DNA of 64,000 nucleotides from Sphingobacteriia bacterium (lineage in GTDB: Bacteria > Bacteroidota > Bacteroidia > Bacteroidales > UBA7960). This document shows positions 11,635 to 21,276 of the stretch, in pieces (the stretch's first letter is position 1; every line of letters begins with the position of its first letter). Under the pieces are notes generated by a model. It saw nothing but the letters and a program-made list of their open reading frames with translations, ran no database searches and had not been told where the DNA came from. A program made the translations under genes and the position numbers. The stretch is taken from positions 2,726 to 66,725 of the forward strand of contig JAABSE010000005.1 of NCBI GenBank assembly GCA_011390575.1, given 5' to 3'.

Positions 11635-12119
11635 AGTGCTTCTATTGGTTAAAATATTTTCCTATACTGCTTCAGGCAAAACCCGCCCTTTTGTGTTCAT
11701 CTGGTTATAATTTTATTGATTCGGCCAGATGCCTGTCCCGCGCATGCGTGGGGAGCTCGTTAACATTAACTATTATAAGAGCTTTGATTAATTGCGAATT
11801 TATAATCATCCGCGTGTGTCAATAGCTATTGTCGTGGCTCGGTTCATCAGGTTTTATGCTGTAAGGTCTGGTGAAGTTATATTTACACGAAACCCCGAAA
11901 TAATTTGATAAAACCCCAATTGTTTTCGTCAGCGAATATAGTTAAAATTCTTACAAAGTGCAAAAAAACAATAAAATTATTTATTTGTTTAGGTGTATAC
12001 TTTACATCCTGAACAAAATAAGATCTGTTCTGTTGGTTGAGAAAGGTTTTGAATTACCCAAACAACATAGGAATTCCTGAGACTTTTAAGCAAAAAAAAT
12101 ACATAAAAAGCATATACGA

Positions 12120-12713
12120 ATGAAGATTTTAATTATATACAGCAATCATCACCAGGGAAATTTTAACTGGGAGCTTCTGGAAAGATTAAAAAAGGATCTG
12201 AAGCGCAATGGGCATGAATTTGTTGTACGTGATTTGTACCAGCTGGATTTTGATCCGGTCTTGCGCACACGTGATTTTGAGATGATATCGTCGGGCAATA
12301 TCCCGGCTGATATAGAAACAGAGCAGTCTTTTGTGAGTTGGGCTGACGCAATGGTCTTTATCTATCCCGTTTGGTGGGGTGGCATGCCTGCCATAGTAAA
12401 AGGTTATATCGATAAGGTTTTTTCCTGGGGTTTTGCATATAAATCCAATGTTAATGGAGTTTACCCATTGCTGACGGGGAAGAATGTTGTTGTATTGAAC
12501 TCACTGGGACAATCGCGCGCCGAGTATGAGAAAGGGATGTTTCAAGCCATGAACCTTGTGAATGTAGAGGGTGTGTTTGGTTTTTGTGGTATCAAGGTAG
12601 CCTCTCAGCTTTATTTTTCTTCCATTCACAATGTTTCACAACAGGAATTGGAAGATTATTTCAGTCAGGCTACCACGGCTGTGAATGAGCTTTCTATGGT
12701 AATCAGCAGCTAA
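12120..12713 (+). CDS. flavodoxin-like fold NAD(P)H dehydrogenase (quinone) family protein
   Basis: 197 aa. MKILIIYSNHH... N-terminus with the VFIYPVWWGGMPAIVKGYIDKVF motif typical of the Flavodoxin_2 / NQO-KefF-like family. Confidence 0.75.
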   Translation: MKILIIYSNHHQGNFNWELLERLKKDLKRNGHEFVVRDLYQLDFDPVLRTRDFEMISSGNIPADIETEQSFVSWADAMVFIYPVWWGGMPAIVKGYIDKVFSWGFAYKSNVNGVYPLLTGKNVVVLNSLGQSRAEYEKGMFQAMNLVNVEGVFGFCGIKVASQLYFSSIHNVSQQELEDYFSQATTAVNELSMVISS

Positions 12714-12937
12714 AGCATCTCCCGGATAATGGAGAGATGAATACATCCGGATTTATAGCGTGTATTTGATAAAGTACCTTAGTTTTTGATTTTTTGGGGG
12801 AATTAAGATCTTTTACAATAAAATTCCACTCCATAAACTCCTAACTTTGAAAATATAATTCAGATGTTGATTGACAGCCAATATCCTTATTAAAGGGGTA
12901 AAATTCTTCCCGAAACGTGCTTTCTGAATCAAACTCA

Positions 12938-14122
12938 ATGACAGAAAAAAGAAAGGGATTGCGTAAAGCAACTCTGCTTATAGCAAGTACTTTAACTGTA
13001 ATGTCCGGAGCTATCATTGCCCCGGCATTGCCGCAAATAAGCCGTGAATTTAGTGATGTGCCGGGCGTTGAGTTGCTTAGCAGGCTCGTTTTAACCTTAC
13101 CAGCTCTTTTTATGGCTATCCTGGCACCTCTGGCAGGATATTTTATTGATAAGACCGGCAGGAAAACCGTATTGCTGGTTTCCCTGGTGTTATATGCCAT
13201 TGCCGGAACTTCTGGTTTGTACCTTGATACTTTGCCTGCCATATTGGTAGGCAGGGCATTTCTGGGAATTGCCGTCGGAGGTTTGATTACTGCCGTTATT
13301 ACCCTCATTGGAGATTATTTTGAAGGGGAAGAGAGAAGTCGCTTTGTTGGCACCCAGGCAGCTTTTGCCGGATTGGGTGGTCTCATTTTTATTTCATCCG
13401 GTGGCGTTCTGGCCGATGTTCACTGGCGTATGCCTTTTCTTATTTATATCTCTTCTTTACTGGTATTGTTTATGGCTTTTTTATCTATATACGAACCTCT
13501 GAAGAATAACCAGGAAAATGCAGATAAAAAACAGGGGGGCGAAGATGCCATTATAACCAGTGTTATTCCCCCAAAAGTATTCTGGATATATGCAATAGCT
13601 TTTTTTTCAGCCATAGTGTTCTACATGATTCCGGTGCAAATGCCCTTTATGCTCAATTCTATGGAGGGGATTTCCAATACAGAGATTGGATTTGCCATTG
13701 CTTTTGTTAATGTGGCTTCTGTAACTACTTCGCTGAATTACAACAGGATAAAACGCCATCTTAGCTATGAAACCATTATGGGGCTGGTTTACGTCATTGT
13801 ATTCTCCGGCTTTCTGGTAATAAGTTATGCCCAGTCTTATGTTATGATTATTGTTGGTATTTCTATATCCGGGCTGGGTTTTGGCATGATGATGCCCAAT
13901 ATCAACCTGTGGTTGATCTCTTCGGCACCGGCGCGAATGCGTGGACGGCTGGTAGGATACCTGAATTCTTCTTTGTTTCTGGGAATGTTTCTTTCTCCTG
14001 TAGCCATTCAACCTCTTATTAAAATCAGCACGCTCTACAACAGTTTCCTTCTGATGGGAGTGGTCATGCTGATGCTGGCAGGTGTTTTTTTTGTATATGG
14101 CAGAAGAAAATATTTACAGTAA
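12938..14122 (+). CDS. MFS transporter
   Basis: About 12 predicted TM segments and an MFS-like loop motif GYFIDKTGRK. The track ORF begins at GTG 12917. The first ATG is 12938 (MTEKRKGLRK). Confidence 0.8.
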   Translation: MTEKRKGLRKATLLIASTLTVMSGAIIAPALPQISREFSDVPGVELLSRLVLTLPALFMAILAPLAGYFIDKTGRKTVLLVSLVLYAIAGTSGLYLDTLPAILVGRAFLGIAVGGLITAVITLIGDYFEGEERSRFVGTQAAFAGLGGLIFISSGGVLADVHWRMPFLIYISSLLVLFMAFLSIYEPLKNNQENADKKQGGEDAIITSVIPPKVFWIYAIAFFSAIVFYMIPVQMPFMLNSMEGISNTEIGFAIAFVNVASVTTSLNYNRIKRHLSYETIMGLVYVIVFSGFLVISYAQSYVMIIVGISISGLGFGMMMPNINLWLISSAPARMRGRLVGYLNSSLFLGMFLSPVAIQPLIKISTLYNSFLLMGVVMLMLAGVFFVYGRRKYLQ

Positions 14123-14137
14123 AACTTGTCGGCTTAA

Positions 14138-15496
14138 TCACTCCTTTCTGTCAAATTCAAGGGCCATCCCCCTGACGGATTCATCAAGGCGCCCATTCTC
14201 CCATACCAGCTTTCCGTTTACAAAGGTATGAGTGGGTGTAGTTTTAAAGGTGTGATTTTCAAAGGGAGACCATCCGCACTTGTAAAGAATATTGTCCGGA
14301 GTAACTGTATATGGCTTATCAGGATTAAGTATAACAAGATCTGCATAGTAACCTTTGCGGATGTAGCCCCTGTTTTTAATTTGAAAGCAAATTGCCGGGT
14401 TGTGGCTCATCCATTGTGATAGAAGATGAATGGGCAGCTTTCGGGAAAGAACAGCGTCGGCCATTATCTGCAGGCTATGTTGCACCAACGGACCGCCGGA
14501 GGGTGCCGAAAGGTAGGGATTTTGTTTTTCCTCTTTCAGATGGGGTGCATGATCCGTTGCCACAACATCAAGGGTGCCATCGAGCAGTGCCTCCCACAGT
14601 CGCTCTCTGTCGGCTTTTCCTTTGACCGCCGGATTCCATTTGATGAAATTCCCTTTGGCGGGATAATCTTCATCGGTAAACCACAAATGATGCACACACA
14701 CTTCACCGGTAATTCTTTTGTTTTCCAGCGATGTCTGATTGTCAAACAATGATACTTCATCAGCGGTGGACAAATGAAGAATGTGCAGGCGTGTATTGTG
14801 TTTCTTTGCCAGCTCTGCTGCTTTTTGAGAAGAAAGCAAGCAGGCTTTATGGCTGCGAATCATCGGATGGTGTATTGGCTGAATGTCCTCTCCATGCAGC
14901 TGTTTGAATTTCTCCATATTGGACCGTATGGTCGCTTCATCTTCGCAATGTGTGGCTACCAGAGTTTTGGCTCTGGCAAAAATACCCTCCAGCACCTGCT
15001 CGTTGTCAACCAGCATATTACCTGTGGAGGAGCCCATAAATACTTTGATGCCACAAACTCTTCCGGGGTTTATTTTTGCCACTTCATCCAGGTTGTCGTT
15101 GCTGGCGCCCATGTAAAAGGAATAATTGGCACTGCTTTTTTGAGATGCCAGTGCAAATTTTGCCTCCAGTAGTTCTATGGTAGTGCAGGGTGGGTTGGTA
15201 TTGGGCATTTCCATGAAGGAGGTAATTCCGCCTGCCACAGCAGCCCTGGATTCTGTCAGTATCTCTGCCTTGCGTGTCAGTCCGGGTTCTCTGAAATGCA
15301 CCTGGTCGTCAATGATACCCGGCAGCAAATAACTGTTTTGTGCATCAATAATCCGGTCTGCCTTATTCCGGTATGATTCGGGAGAAGGATTGTGGCTGAT
15401 ATCTGAGATGATATCATTTTCAATGTAAAGAGAACCGGGTTTCACTTCCCCTTCATTTACAATGCGTGCATTAATAATCAGAGTATTTGTAGGCAT
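14138..15496 (-). CDS. pyrC: dihydroorotase (long, amidohydrolase-fold type)
   Basis: 452 aa. PGIIDDQVHFREPGLTRKAEILTESRAAVAGGITSFMEMPNTNPP, VATDHAPH, GYYADLVI. The first metal-ligand motif reads Q-V-H rather than H-x-H. Confidence 0.85.
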   Translation of the reverse strand: MPTNTLIINARIVNEGEVKPGSLYIENDIISDISHNPSPESYRNKADRIIDAQNSYLLPGIIDDQVHFREPGLTRKAEILTESRAAVAGGITSFMEMPNTNPPCTTIELLEAKFALASQKSSANYSFYMGASNDNLDEVAKINPGRVCGIKVFMGSSTGNMLVDNEQVLEGIFARAKTLVATHCEDEATIRSNMEKFKQLHGEDIQPIHHPMIRSHKACLLSSQKAAELAKKHNTRLHILHLSTADEVSLFDNQTSLENKRITGEVCVHHLWFTDEDYPAKGNFIKWNPAVKGKADRERLWEALLDGTLDVVATDHAPHLKEEKQNPYLSAPSGGPLVQHSLQIMADAVLSRKLPIHLLSQWMSHNPAICFQIKNRGYIRKGYYADLVILNPDKPYTVTPDNILYKCGWSPFENHTFKTTPTHTFVNGKLVWENGRLDESVRGMALEFDRKE

Positions 15497-15528
15497 AATG
15501 TGAGTGAATTAAAGATGGTAAGGATTGT

Positions 15529-16281
15529 TCAGGCCTTATTTCTGCCATGAATCTTTTTATAGACGCCCAGAATGCTTTTCATCCGTAAAGTGATAACTCC
15601 CAGGATAGCTTCCTTAAATATACCTTTGCTCATTTTGGAGATACCGCGTGTGCGATCGGTGAAAATGATAGAAATCTCTTTGATTTTGAAACCCAGTTTC
15701 CAGGTGATAAACTTCATCTCGATCTGGAAGGCATAGCCGGTAAATTTTATCTTATCCAGGTTGATGGCTTCCAGCACTTCACGGCGGTAACACTTAAATC
15801 CGGCTGTTGTATCACGCACTTTCATCCGGGTAATAAAGCGTACATAAGCAGATGCATAATAAGACATCAGCACCCTACCCATGGGCCAGTTTACAACATT
15901 GACTCCGTGAATATACCTTGATCCGATGGCCAGATCATAGCCATCGGTAGCACAAGCTTCGTAGAGGCGTGGCAAATCATCAGGATTGTGAGAAAAATCA
16001 GCATCCATTTCAAAAATGTATTCGTAGTCGTGCTTCAACGCCCACTTAAATCCGTGGATATAGGCTGTGCCAAGGCCTAACTTTCCTTTTCGGGTCTCTA
16101 TGTGCAGGCAACCGGGAAATTCAGGGAAAAGACTTCTTACTATATCGGCAGTGCCATCAGGGGAGTTATCGTCAATTACAAGGATATGGAAAGTCTTTTC
16201 CAATGAAAAAATCTTTCGGATTATCCTTTCAATATTCTCTTTTTCGTTATATGTGGGAATAATTATCAGACTGTCTGCCAC
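15529..16281 (-). CDS. polyprenol/dolichol-phosphate mannosyltransferase (GT2)
   Basis: IIIPTYNEKENI, VIDDNSPDGT and EMDADFSH motifs. The track ORF (to 16362) begins at a TTG with an implausible 27-aa leader. An in-frame GTG at 16281 gives M-ADSLIIIPTYNE and a typical ~250 aa length. Confidence 0.8.
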   Translation of the reverse strand: MADSLIIIPTYNEKENIERIIRKIFSLEKTFHILVIDDNSPDGTADIVRSLFPEFPGCLHIETRKGKLGLGTAYIHGFKWALKHDYEYIFEMDADFSHNPDDLPRLYEACATDGYDLAIGSRYIHGVNVVNWPMGRVLMSYYASAYVRFITRMKVRDTTAGFKCYRREVLEAINLDKIKFTGYAFQIEMKFITWKLGFKIKEISIIFTDRTRGISKMSKGIFKEAILGVITLRMKSILGVYKKIHGRNKA

Positions 16282-16518
16282 TGCTCCGCGGGTTTGATGT
16301 TTTGTTAATGTATTAACGCAATAATAAGCTTCCCATTGTGGAAAAGGTATATCTGTTTGCAATCAAATTAAAGCTTGTAATGCCTTGTGACTTTAAATAA
16401 AGTTTTGTTTTCAAAAATAGGAAAATTTTCAGGATTATTATAAATAGTATGGATATGGGCAAAAAAAAGAATTTATGCCCTAACTGACAGCTGTTTGACA
16501 TTGCTTCCTGAACCCAAA

Positions 16519-16544
16519 AAAAGAAGCTCCGGAGAGCTTCTTTT
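16519..16544. terminator. intrinsic terminator downstream of the large protease gene
   Basis: aaaagaagctc-cgga-gagcttctttt is a perfect stem with a tetraloop, about 70 nt past the stop at 16612. On the minus strand it is followed by a T run. Confidence 0.7.
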
Positions 16545-16611
16545 CAGTTTTTAGTTAGTATTTCAGTTATTAATGGCTTGCTTCGTTAAAAAATCAGGAA
16601 AAACCAGGGTT

Positions 16612-19600
16612 TTATTTGAGTATAATTTTTCTGGAAATTGTTTCTCCTTCACTGTAGAGATTAATCAGGTAAATACCTAAAGGCAGGTAAGAAATATCTA
16701 CAAAATTGTCGCCGGGTTCAAGGTTCTGTTTCCAAACCATAAGGCCTGAAGTATTTCGTATCTCCAGAGCAAAAGGGGTTTCTACATTGACATAGAATTT
16801 CCCGTCTGAGGGATTGGGGTAGAGGGTTACCTTTTCTTCCCTGAGGGCCCCGATATCAGTTTTAGGCTCGAACAAGGCTTCCAGAAATACGTCTCTGTTC
16901 ACGTCAAAAGAGTATGGAGTTCTTCTGGAAATTATTTGACCTGCTGCATTTTTCCATCCAATGAATTTAAGATTTGCATGCTGACTAACTTCGAGCATAG
17001 CAATCTCATTCTCACGATATCTACCGGTACCTTTTATTAATACCTCTTCATATTTGCTTACAGCTTTCACATTGAAGATGCGCTGCTGATGCTTAAAGAG
17101 GGCAATAACCTCCTGATCCTGGGACGCCCGAAAGCGATATTCTTTTTCTGTACTGACGATGTTGCCGTTGACAGCCCATCCCAGGAATAATGCACTTTCA
17201 TCAACAGGGGTCATCCCCAGTTCTACCCATTCGTTTTCATTGTAGAAACCGGCACCTGTAATGATGGCAAATCCGGCGGGTTCGGATTGGGCTTCGATTG
17301 TAATAAGACCGGAGGTGCTTTCAAACACTGCACTCAGATGCCGGTCGCTATTGGCAATGAATGAATATTGCTGATCAAAGGATACCCATTCACCGTTTTC
17401 TGTCCAGAAAAGAAAAGCAAAATCGGGGTTTGCAGCGGCATTGACAGCAACGGTTTGTCCATGCTCGTAAGTGCCACCGCCGGAAACAGTACCGCCAGCT
17501 GATGGCTGGGCATTGACAGTGATGTTGTAGACGTCTGGGCTGAAATGCGCTGTCAGGTTGCGATTGCCGGATATCGTAAATGAATATGTCTGGCTGGTAG
17601 AAACGGTATTACCGTTTTCCGTCCAGTTGACAAAAGTGTAACCCTCGTTAGGCGTGGCATTTACAGCGACTGTCTGCCCGTGGTTATAGTTTCCTGCTCC
17701 GCTAAGGGACCCTGCATCGGCCGGACTTGCCTGCAGGGAAACAGCATAGGCTTCCATGCTGAAGTTTGCAGTGAGGTTTCTGTCGGCAGTTACATTGAAA
17801 GTATAATTCTGCTCAGAAGAAACTACGTTGCCGTTTTCTGTCCAGTTCAAAAAGGTATACCCGCTTGCCGGTGAGGCAGAGAGGGTGGCGGCCTGATCAT
17901 GCTCGTAAGTGCCACCTCCGGATACAGTTCCACCTGCTGAGGGTTGTGCATTGACAGTAATGCTGTAGGCTTCCATGCTGAAGTTTGCGCTGAGGTTTCT
18001 GTCGGCAGTTACATTGAAAGTATAATTCTGCTCAGAAGAAACTACGTTGCCGTTTTCTGTCCAGTTTAAAAAGGTGTACCCGCTTGCCGGTGAAGCAGAG
18101 AGGGTGGCGGCCTGATCATGCTCGTAAGTGCCTCCTCCGGATACAGTTCCACCTGCTGAGGGTTGTGCATTGACGACAATGCTGTAGGTTTCCGGGCTGA
18201 AATGGGCCGTGAGGTTCCTGTTATCGGTTATCGTAAATGAGTATGCCTGGTCGGCAGAAACGGTATTACCGTTTTCCGTCCAGTTGATAAAAGTGTATCC
18301 CACGCTGGGTGAAGCATTAACAGTTACTGTTTCTCCGTGGTTATAGCTTCCGCCTCCGCTAAGGGACCCTGCATCAGCCGGACTTGCCTGCAGGGAAACC
18401 GCATAGGCTTCCATGCTGAAGTTTGCCGTGAGGTTCCTGTCGGTGGTTACATTGAAAGTATAACTTTGCTCAGAAGAAACCACGTTGCCGTTTTCAGTCC
18501 AGTTTAAAAAGGTATAGCCATTTTCCGGTAAGGCAGAGAGGGTAGCAGTCTGACCATGGTCATAACTGCCACCGCCGGATACTTCTCCGCCCACTGATGG
18601 TTGTGCATTAACAGTGATGGTGTATGTGTTGAGACTGAAATGGGCCGTAAGGTTTCTGTTGCCGGTAACGCTAAAGGAGTAATTCTGGCTGGTGGAAACG
18701 GGATTGCCGTTTTCTGTCCAGTTGACGAACTCATACCCTGCTTGTGGAGTTGCAGAGACGACAGCCGTTATTCCGTGATTGTAGCTGCCACCACCTGTTA
18801 CCGATCCTCCTGCAGTGGGGTTGGCATTAAGGGTAATGGTATAAGGGGTTAGGGCGAAATTTGCAGTCAGGAATCTGTCAGTGGTAACGGTAAAACTATA
18901 ACTGGCCTGCGAGGAAACTACATTGCCTCCTTCGGTCCAGTTGACAAAATGATAGCCATCTGAGGGAATAGCAGAGAGGGTTGCCTGCTGGCCATCATTG
19001 TATTCACCGGCACCACTCGTACTTCCTCCTGCAGCAGGGTTGCTGTTCAGGGTAATGCTGAAAACGTCTGTTGATTCGGAGCTGAAGTTTGCTGTCAGGT
19101 CACGGTCAGAGGTAGTCTGAAAAATGTATTGTGTATTGGAAGAAACCACTACACCGTTTTCGGTCCAGTTTTCAAAAGTAAAACCCTCGGCAGGGAATGC
19201 ATTTACCGCCCTTACCGTACCGTGATTTACGGTTCCTGCTCCCGTGAGATTTCCTCCGTTGGAGGGGTTGGCAGTGAGGGTAATCTGGTAGCTTTTAACA
19301 ACAAAGTTAGCTGCCAGTTCCCGGCTTTCCTCTACAACGAAGGAGTAAGAAGCCGAAGTTGATACTACTGAGCCATTTTCTGTCCAGTTGATAAAGTCGT
19401 ATCCTGCAGAAGGAGTAGCGGTGACGGTAATATTTTCGCCTTCCTCATGATTTCCTCCTCCGCTCACACTCCCTCCGTCTGTTGGATTGGCGGTAAGCGT
19501 GACAGGCCATACGGGCACTGCTGAGCCAAAATTGGCCACAAGATGTCTGTCAGCGGAGGCAGTAAAAGAATAATTGGATTGAGTGGAAACCACGTTACCA

Positions 19601-21276
19601 TTTTCTGTCCAGTTTTCAAAAGAAAATCCATTGGCGGGGGTAGCGGTGAGAGTGCCTGAATGACCCTCATACCATGTCCCTGCTCCTTCAATCGTGCCCC
19701 CATGTTCGGGCGATGCCTCAGCCGTAATCTCAAAACTACCCGTGGGACCTCCAAACAAGTCGAAACTGATGGTCGATCCTGCTTCGCCAATATTGGAAAT
19801 AATCAGCCCTCCGTTACTGTCATCACTCAGAAATGCTGACGGGTTTGTGGAGTCACTGATTTCCGTCCGATCCACCTGGGATGAATAATTGGCGCTGAAT
19901 ACCACGCCGTTTAAGTTGTTGGTTCCGTTGGGTCTGTAAAGATATACTTCATCGGGTGGGCCGTTGGCATTCCCGTTTCCGGCCAGGGTGTTGATCCGGT
20001 AAATGAGCAGTCCGCTGCCCGGGAGGTTGTTTTCGTAGGTGCCCGGCTCTTTTTTTCTGTATTCTACAACAAAATATTCTGTATCACTATTGGGTGAATT
20101 AATTCTAAAGGCATTGTTTTCGGGTGAAGTGAGAGGATTTAAGGTATAGGTCCCGGGGGTAGAGATTTCGGGGATATCACTTATCCAGGTCTGGTTGGTG
20201 TATTTCCATTTCATAAAGGCGCTCATGTGTCCATGGCCTGAATGCATCAAGTCCCACGGACCTACCGGAGTGATGTTGGTGCTGGAGTACCGGTACAAAT
20301 CAGGTGCTCCGAAAGTATGAAAAAGTTCATGGTTGAGAATCTGGACTGTGGCCTGTGTTTCGGGTTGAAAAGTATAATCCCATACCCGTTTTCCGTTGAT
20401 ATAGGTGTTGGTGCTGAAAAGTGCCCAGCGGTGTGCCCACAGTATAGAAGCCCAGGGACCTGCTCCCCCCTTGATGACAAAACAGACATTATCTACCCGG
20501 CCATCTCCGTCGTTATCGATGTCCATGTCTTCGGGTATATGCTCTGCTATGGCATTTATTGCTCTGTGCAGCAGCTGATGTTCTCTGCCTGTTCTTTGAG
20601 AACTGGTGTAGCCGTTGGGGTTATTGACTGAATGATAAGGCTCAAAATAGGATCTTGGGTAAACATCCTGGTAGGAAATATTTACGTTCATTTCAGAGGG
20701 AGGATAATGTTGGCTTTCTACTGTTACCATGCCATAGGAAACTTCCTGGAAATAGTTTTTTACCGAGGGTGCCTGGTCATTGTTAAGTCTTTCGTCGAAC
20801 GTAGATCTGGGTGTTGTAAACTCAGTGTCATCACTGAAGCGGATGTAAACCACAAGGTTGTTGAGCATGCCTGAGTGTGCAGCTTTGGAGGGAGAATCTT
20901 CTAACATCTCAAACATTTTGTCTTTTCGCTGCTGGTATTCTTTTTCACTTATCCCTGCCCGTGAGGTTAGTCCTGCCTGTTTAGGGTCTGCTTCGCCTGC
21001 CCTCAACGTTGATGCTACAAGGGTGTCGCCCGAGGGAATGGCATAATAATGAAATCCATCTTCTCCTGCAATGATGGTAAAACCATCACTGTCATGCAGA
21101 TAGTTAAAGAATTCATCGCCACTGGCAAAACATTCAATAATACTTCCATCCGGATTTTTTACCGTTGTGGGAATATTTTCAACCCATGCGGCTTGCAGGG
21201 GTAGGGTTGAAATCCAAAACAACAGCAATAAAAGTGCTTTTTTCCTGAAAACTTTCCTGTATCCGAAGATGCTCAT
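16612..21276 (-). CDS. T9SS-secreted M6-like (immune inhibitor A-like) metalloprotease with 13 InlB-B-type repeats
   Basis: Track ORF of 1569 aa. The likely start is the second ATG at 21276 (MSIFGYRKVFRKKALLLLLFWISTLPLQA signal peptide). It has a zinc motif HELFH (20317-20331), 13 repeats of ~73 aa (consensus ...GGSVSGGGTYxHGqtvtlsAtPasGYtFvNWTENGnvVStsqnYsFtvtadRnLtAnF), and a C-terminal ~80 aa Por/T9SS sorting domain (VTLYPNPSDGKFYV...GIYLINLYSEGETISRKIILK). Confidence 0.8.
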   Translation of the reverse strand: MSIFGYRKVFRKKALLLLLFWISTLPLQAAWVENIPTTVKNPDGSIIECFASGDEFFNYLHDSDGFTIIAGEDGFHYYAIPSGDTLVASTLRAGEADPKQAGLTSRAGISEKEYQQRKDKMFEMLEDSPSKAAHSGMLNNLVVYIRFSDDTEFTTPRSTFDERLNNDQAPSVKNYFQEVSYGMVTVESQHYPPSEMNVNISYQDVYPRSYFEPYHSVNNPNGYTSSQRTGREHQLLHRAINAIAEHIPEDMDIDNDGDGRVDNVCFVIKGGAGPWASILWAHRWALFSTNTYINGKRVWDYTFQPETQATVQILNHELFHTFGAPDLYRYSSTNITPVGPWDLMHSGHGHMSAFMKWKYTNQTWISDIPEISTPGTYTLNPLTSPENNAFRINSPNSDTEYFVVEYRKKEPGTYENNLPGSGLLIYRINTLAGNGNANGPPDEVYLYRPNGTNNLNGVVFSANYSSQVDRTEISDSTNPSAFLSDDSNGGLIISNIGEAGSTISFDLFGGPTGSFEITAEASPEHGGTIEGAGTWYEGHSGTLTATPANGFSFENWTENGNVVSTQSNYSFTASADRHLVANFGSAVPVWPVTLTANPTDGGSVSGGGNHEEGENITVTATPSAGYDFINWTENGSVVSTSASYSFVVEESRELAANFVVKSYQITLTANPSNGGNLTGAGTVNHGTVRAVNAFPAEGFTFENWTENGVVVSSNTQYIFQTTSDRDLTANFSSESTDVFSITLNSNPAAGGSTSGAGEYNDGQQATLSAIPSDGYHFVNWTEGGNVVSSQASYSFTVTTDRFLTANFALTPYTITLNANPTAGGSVTGGGSYNHGITAVVSATPQAGYEFVNWTENGNPVSTSQNYSFSVTGNRNLTAHFSLNTYTITVNAQPSVGGEVSGGGSYDHGQTATLSALPENGYTFLNWTENGNVVSSEQSYTFNVTTDRNLTANFSMEAYAVSLQASPADAGSLSGGGSYNHGETVTVNASPSVGYTFINWTENGNTVSADQAYSFTITDNRNLTAHFSPETYSIVVNAQPSAGGTVSGGGTYEHDQAATLSASPASGYTFLNWTENGNVVSSEQNYTFNVTADRNLSANFSMEAYSITVNAQPSAGGTVSGGGTYEHDQAATLSASPASGYTFLNWTENGNVVSSEQNYTFNVTADRNLTANFSMEAYAVSLQASPADAGSLSGAGNYNHGQTVAVNATPNEGYTFVNWTENGNTVSTSQTYSFTISGNRNLTAHFSPDVYNITVNAQPSAGGTVSGGGTYEHGQTVAVNAAANPDFAFLFWTENGEWVSFDQQYSFIANSDRHLSAVFESTSGLITIEAQSEPAGFAIITGAGFYNENEWVELGMTPVDESALFLGWAVNGNIVSTEKEYRFRASQDQEVIALFKHQQRIFNVKAVSKYEEVLIKGTGRYRENEIAMLEVSQHANLKFIGWKNAAGQIISRRTPYSFDVNRDVFLEALFEPKTDIGALREEKVTLYPNPSDGKFYVNVETPFALEIRNTSGLMVWKQNLEPGDNFVDISYLPLGIYLINLYSEGETISRKIILK
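16861..19740 (-). repeat. in-frame array of 13 x ~219-bp coding repeats (InlB B-repeat / Listeria-Bacteroides repeat type)
   Basis: I delimited repeat units by eye from the translated protein. The two most similar units are 17748-17966 and 17967-18185. Confidence 0.85.

Noticed and set aside
16861-19740. Regular ~219-bp periodic repeats that might be mistaken for a CRISPR or satellite array
   Set aside because: The units are contiguous with no unique spacers, all in one reading frame, and they translate to a recognisable protein repeat. They are a coding domain array.
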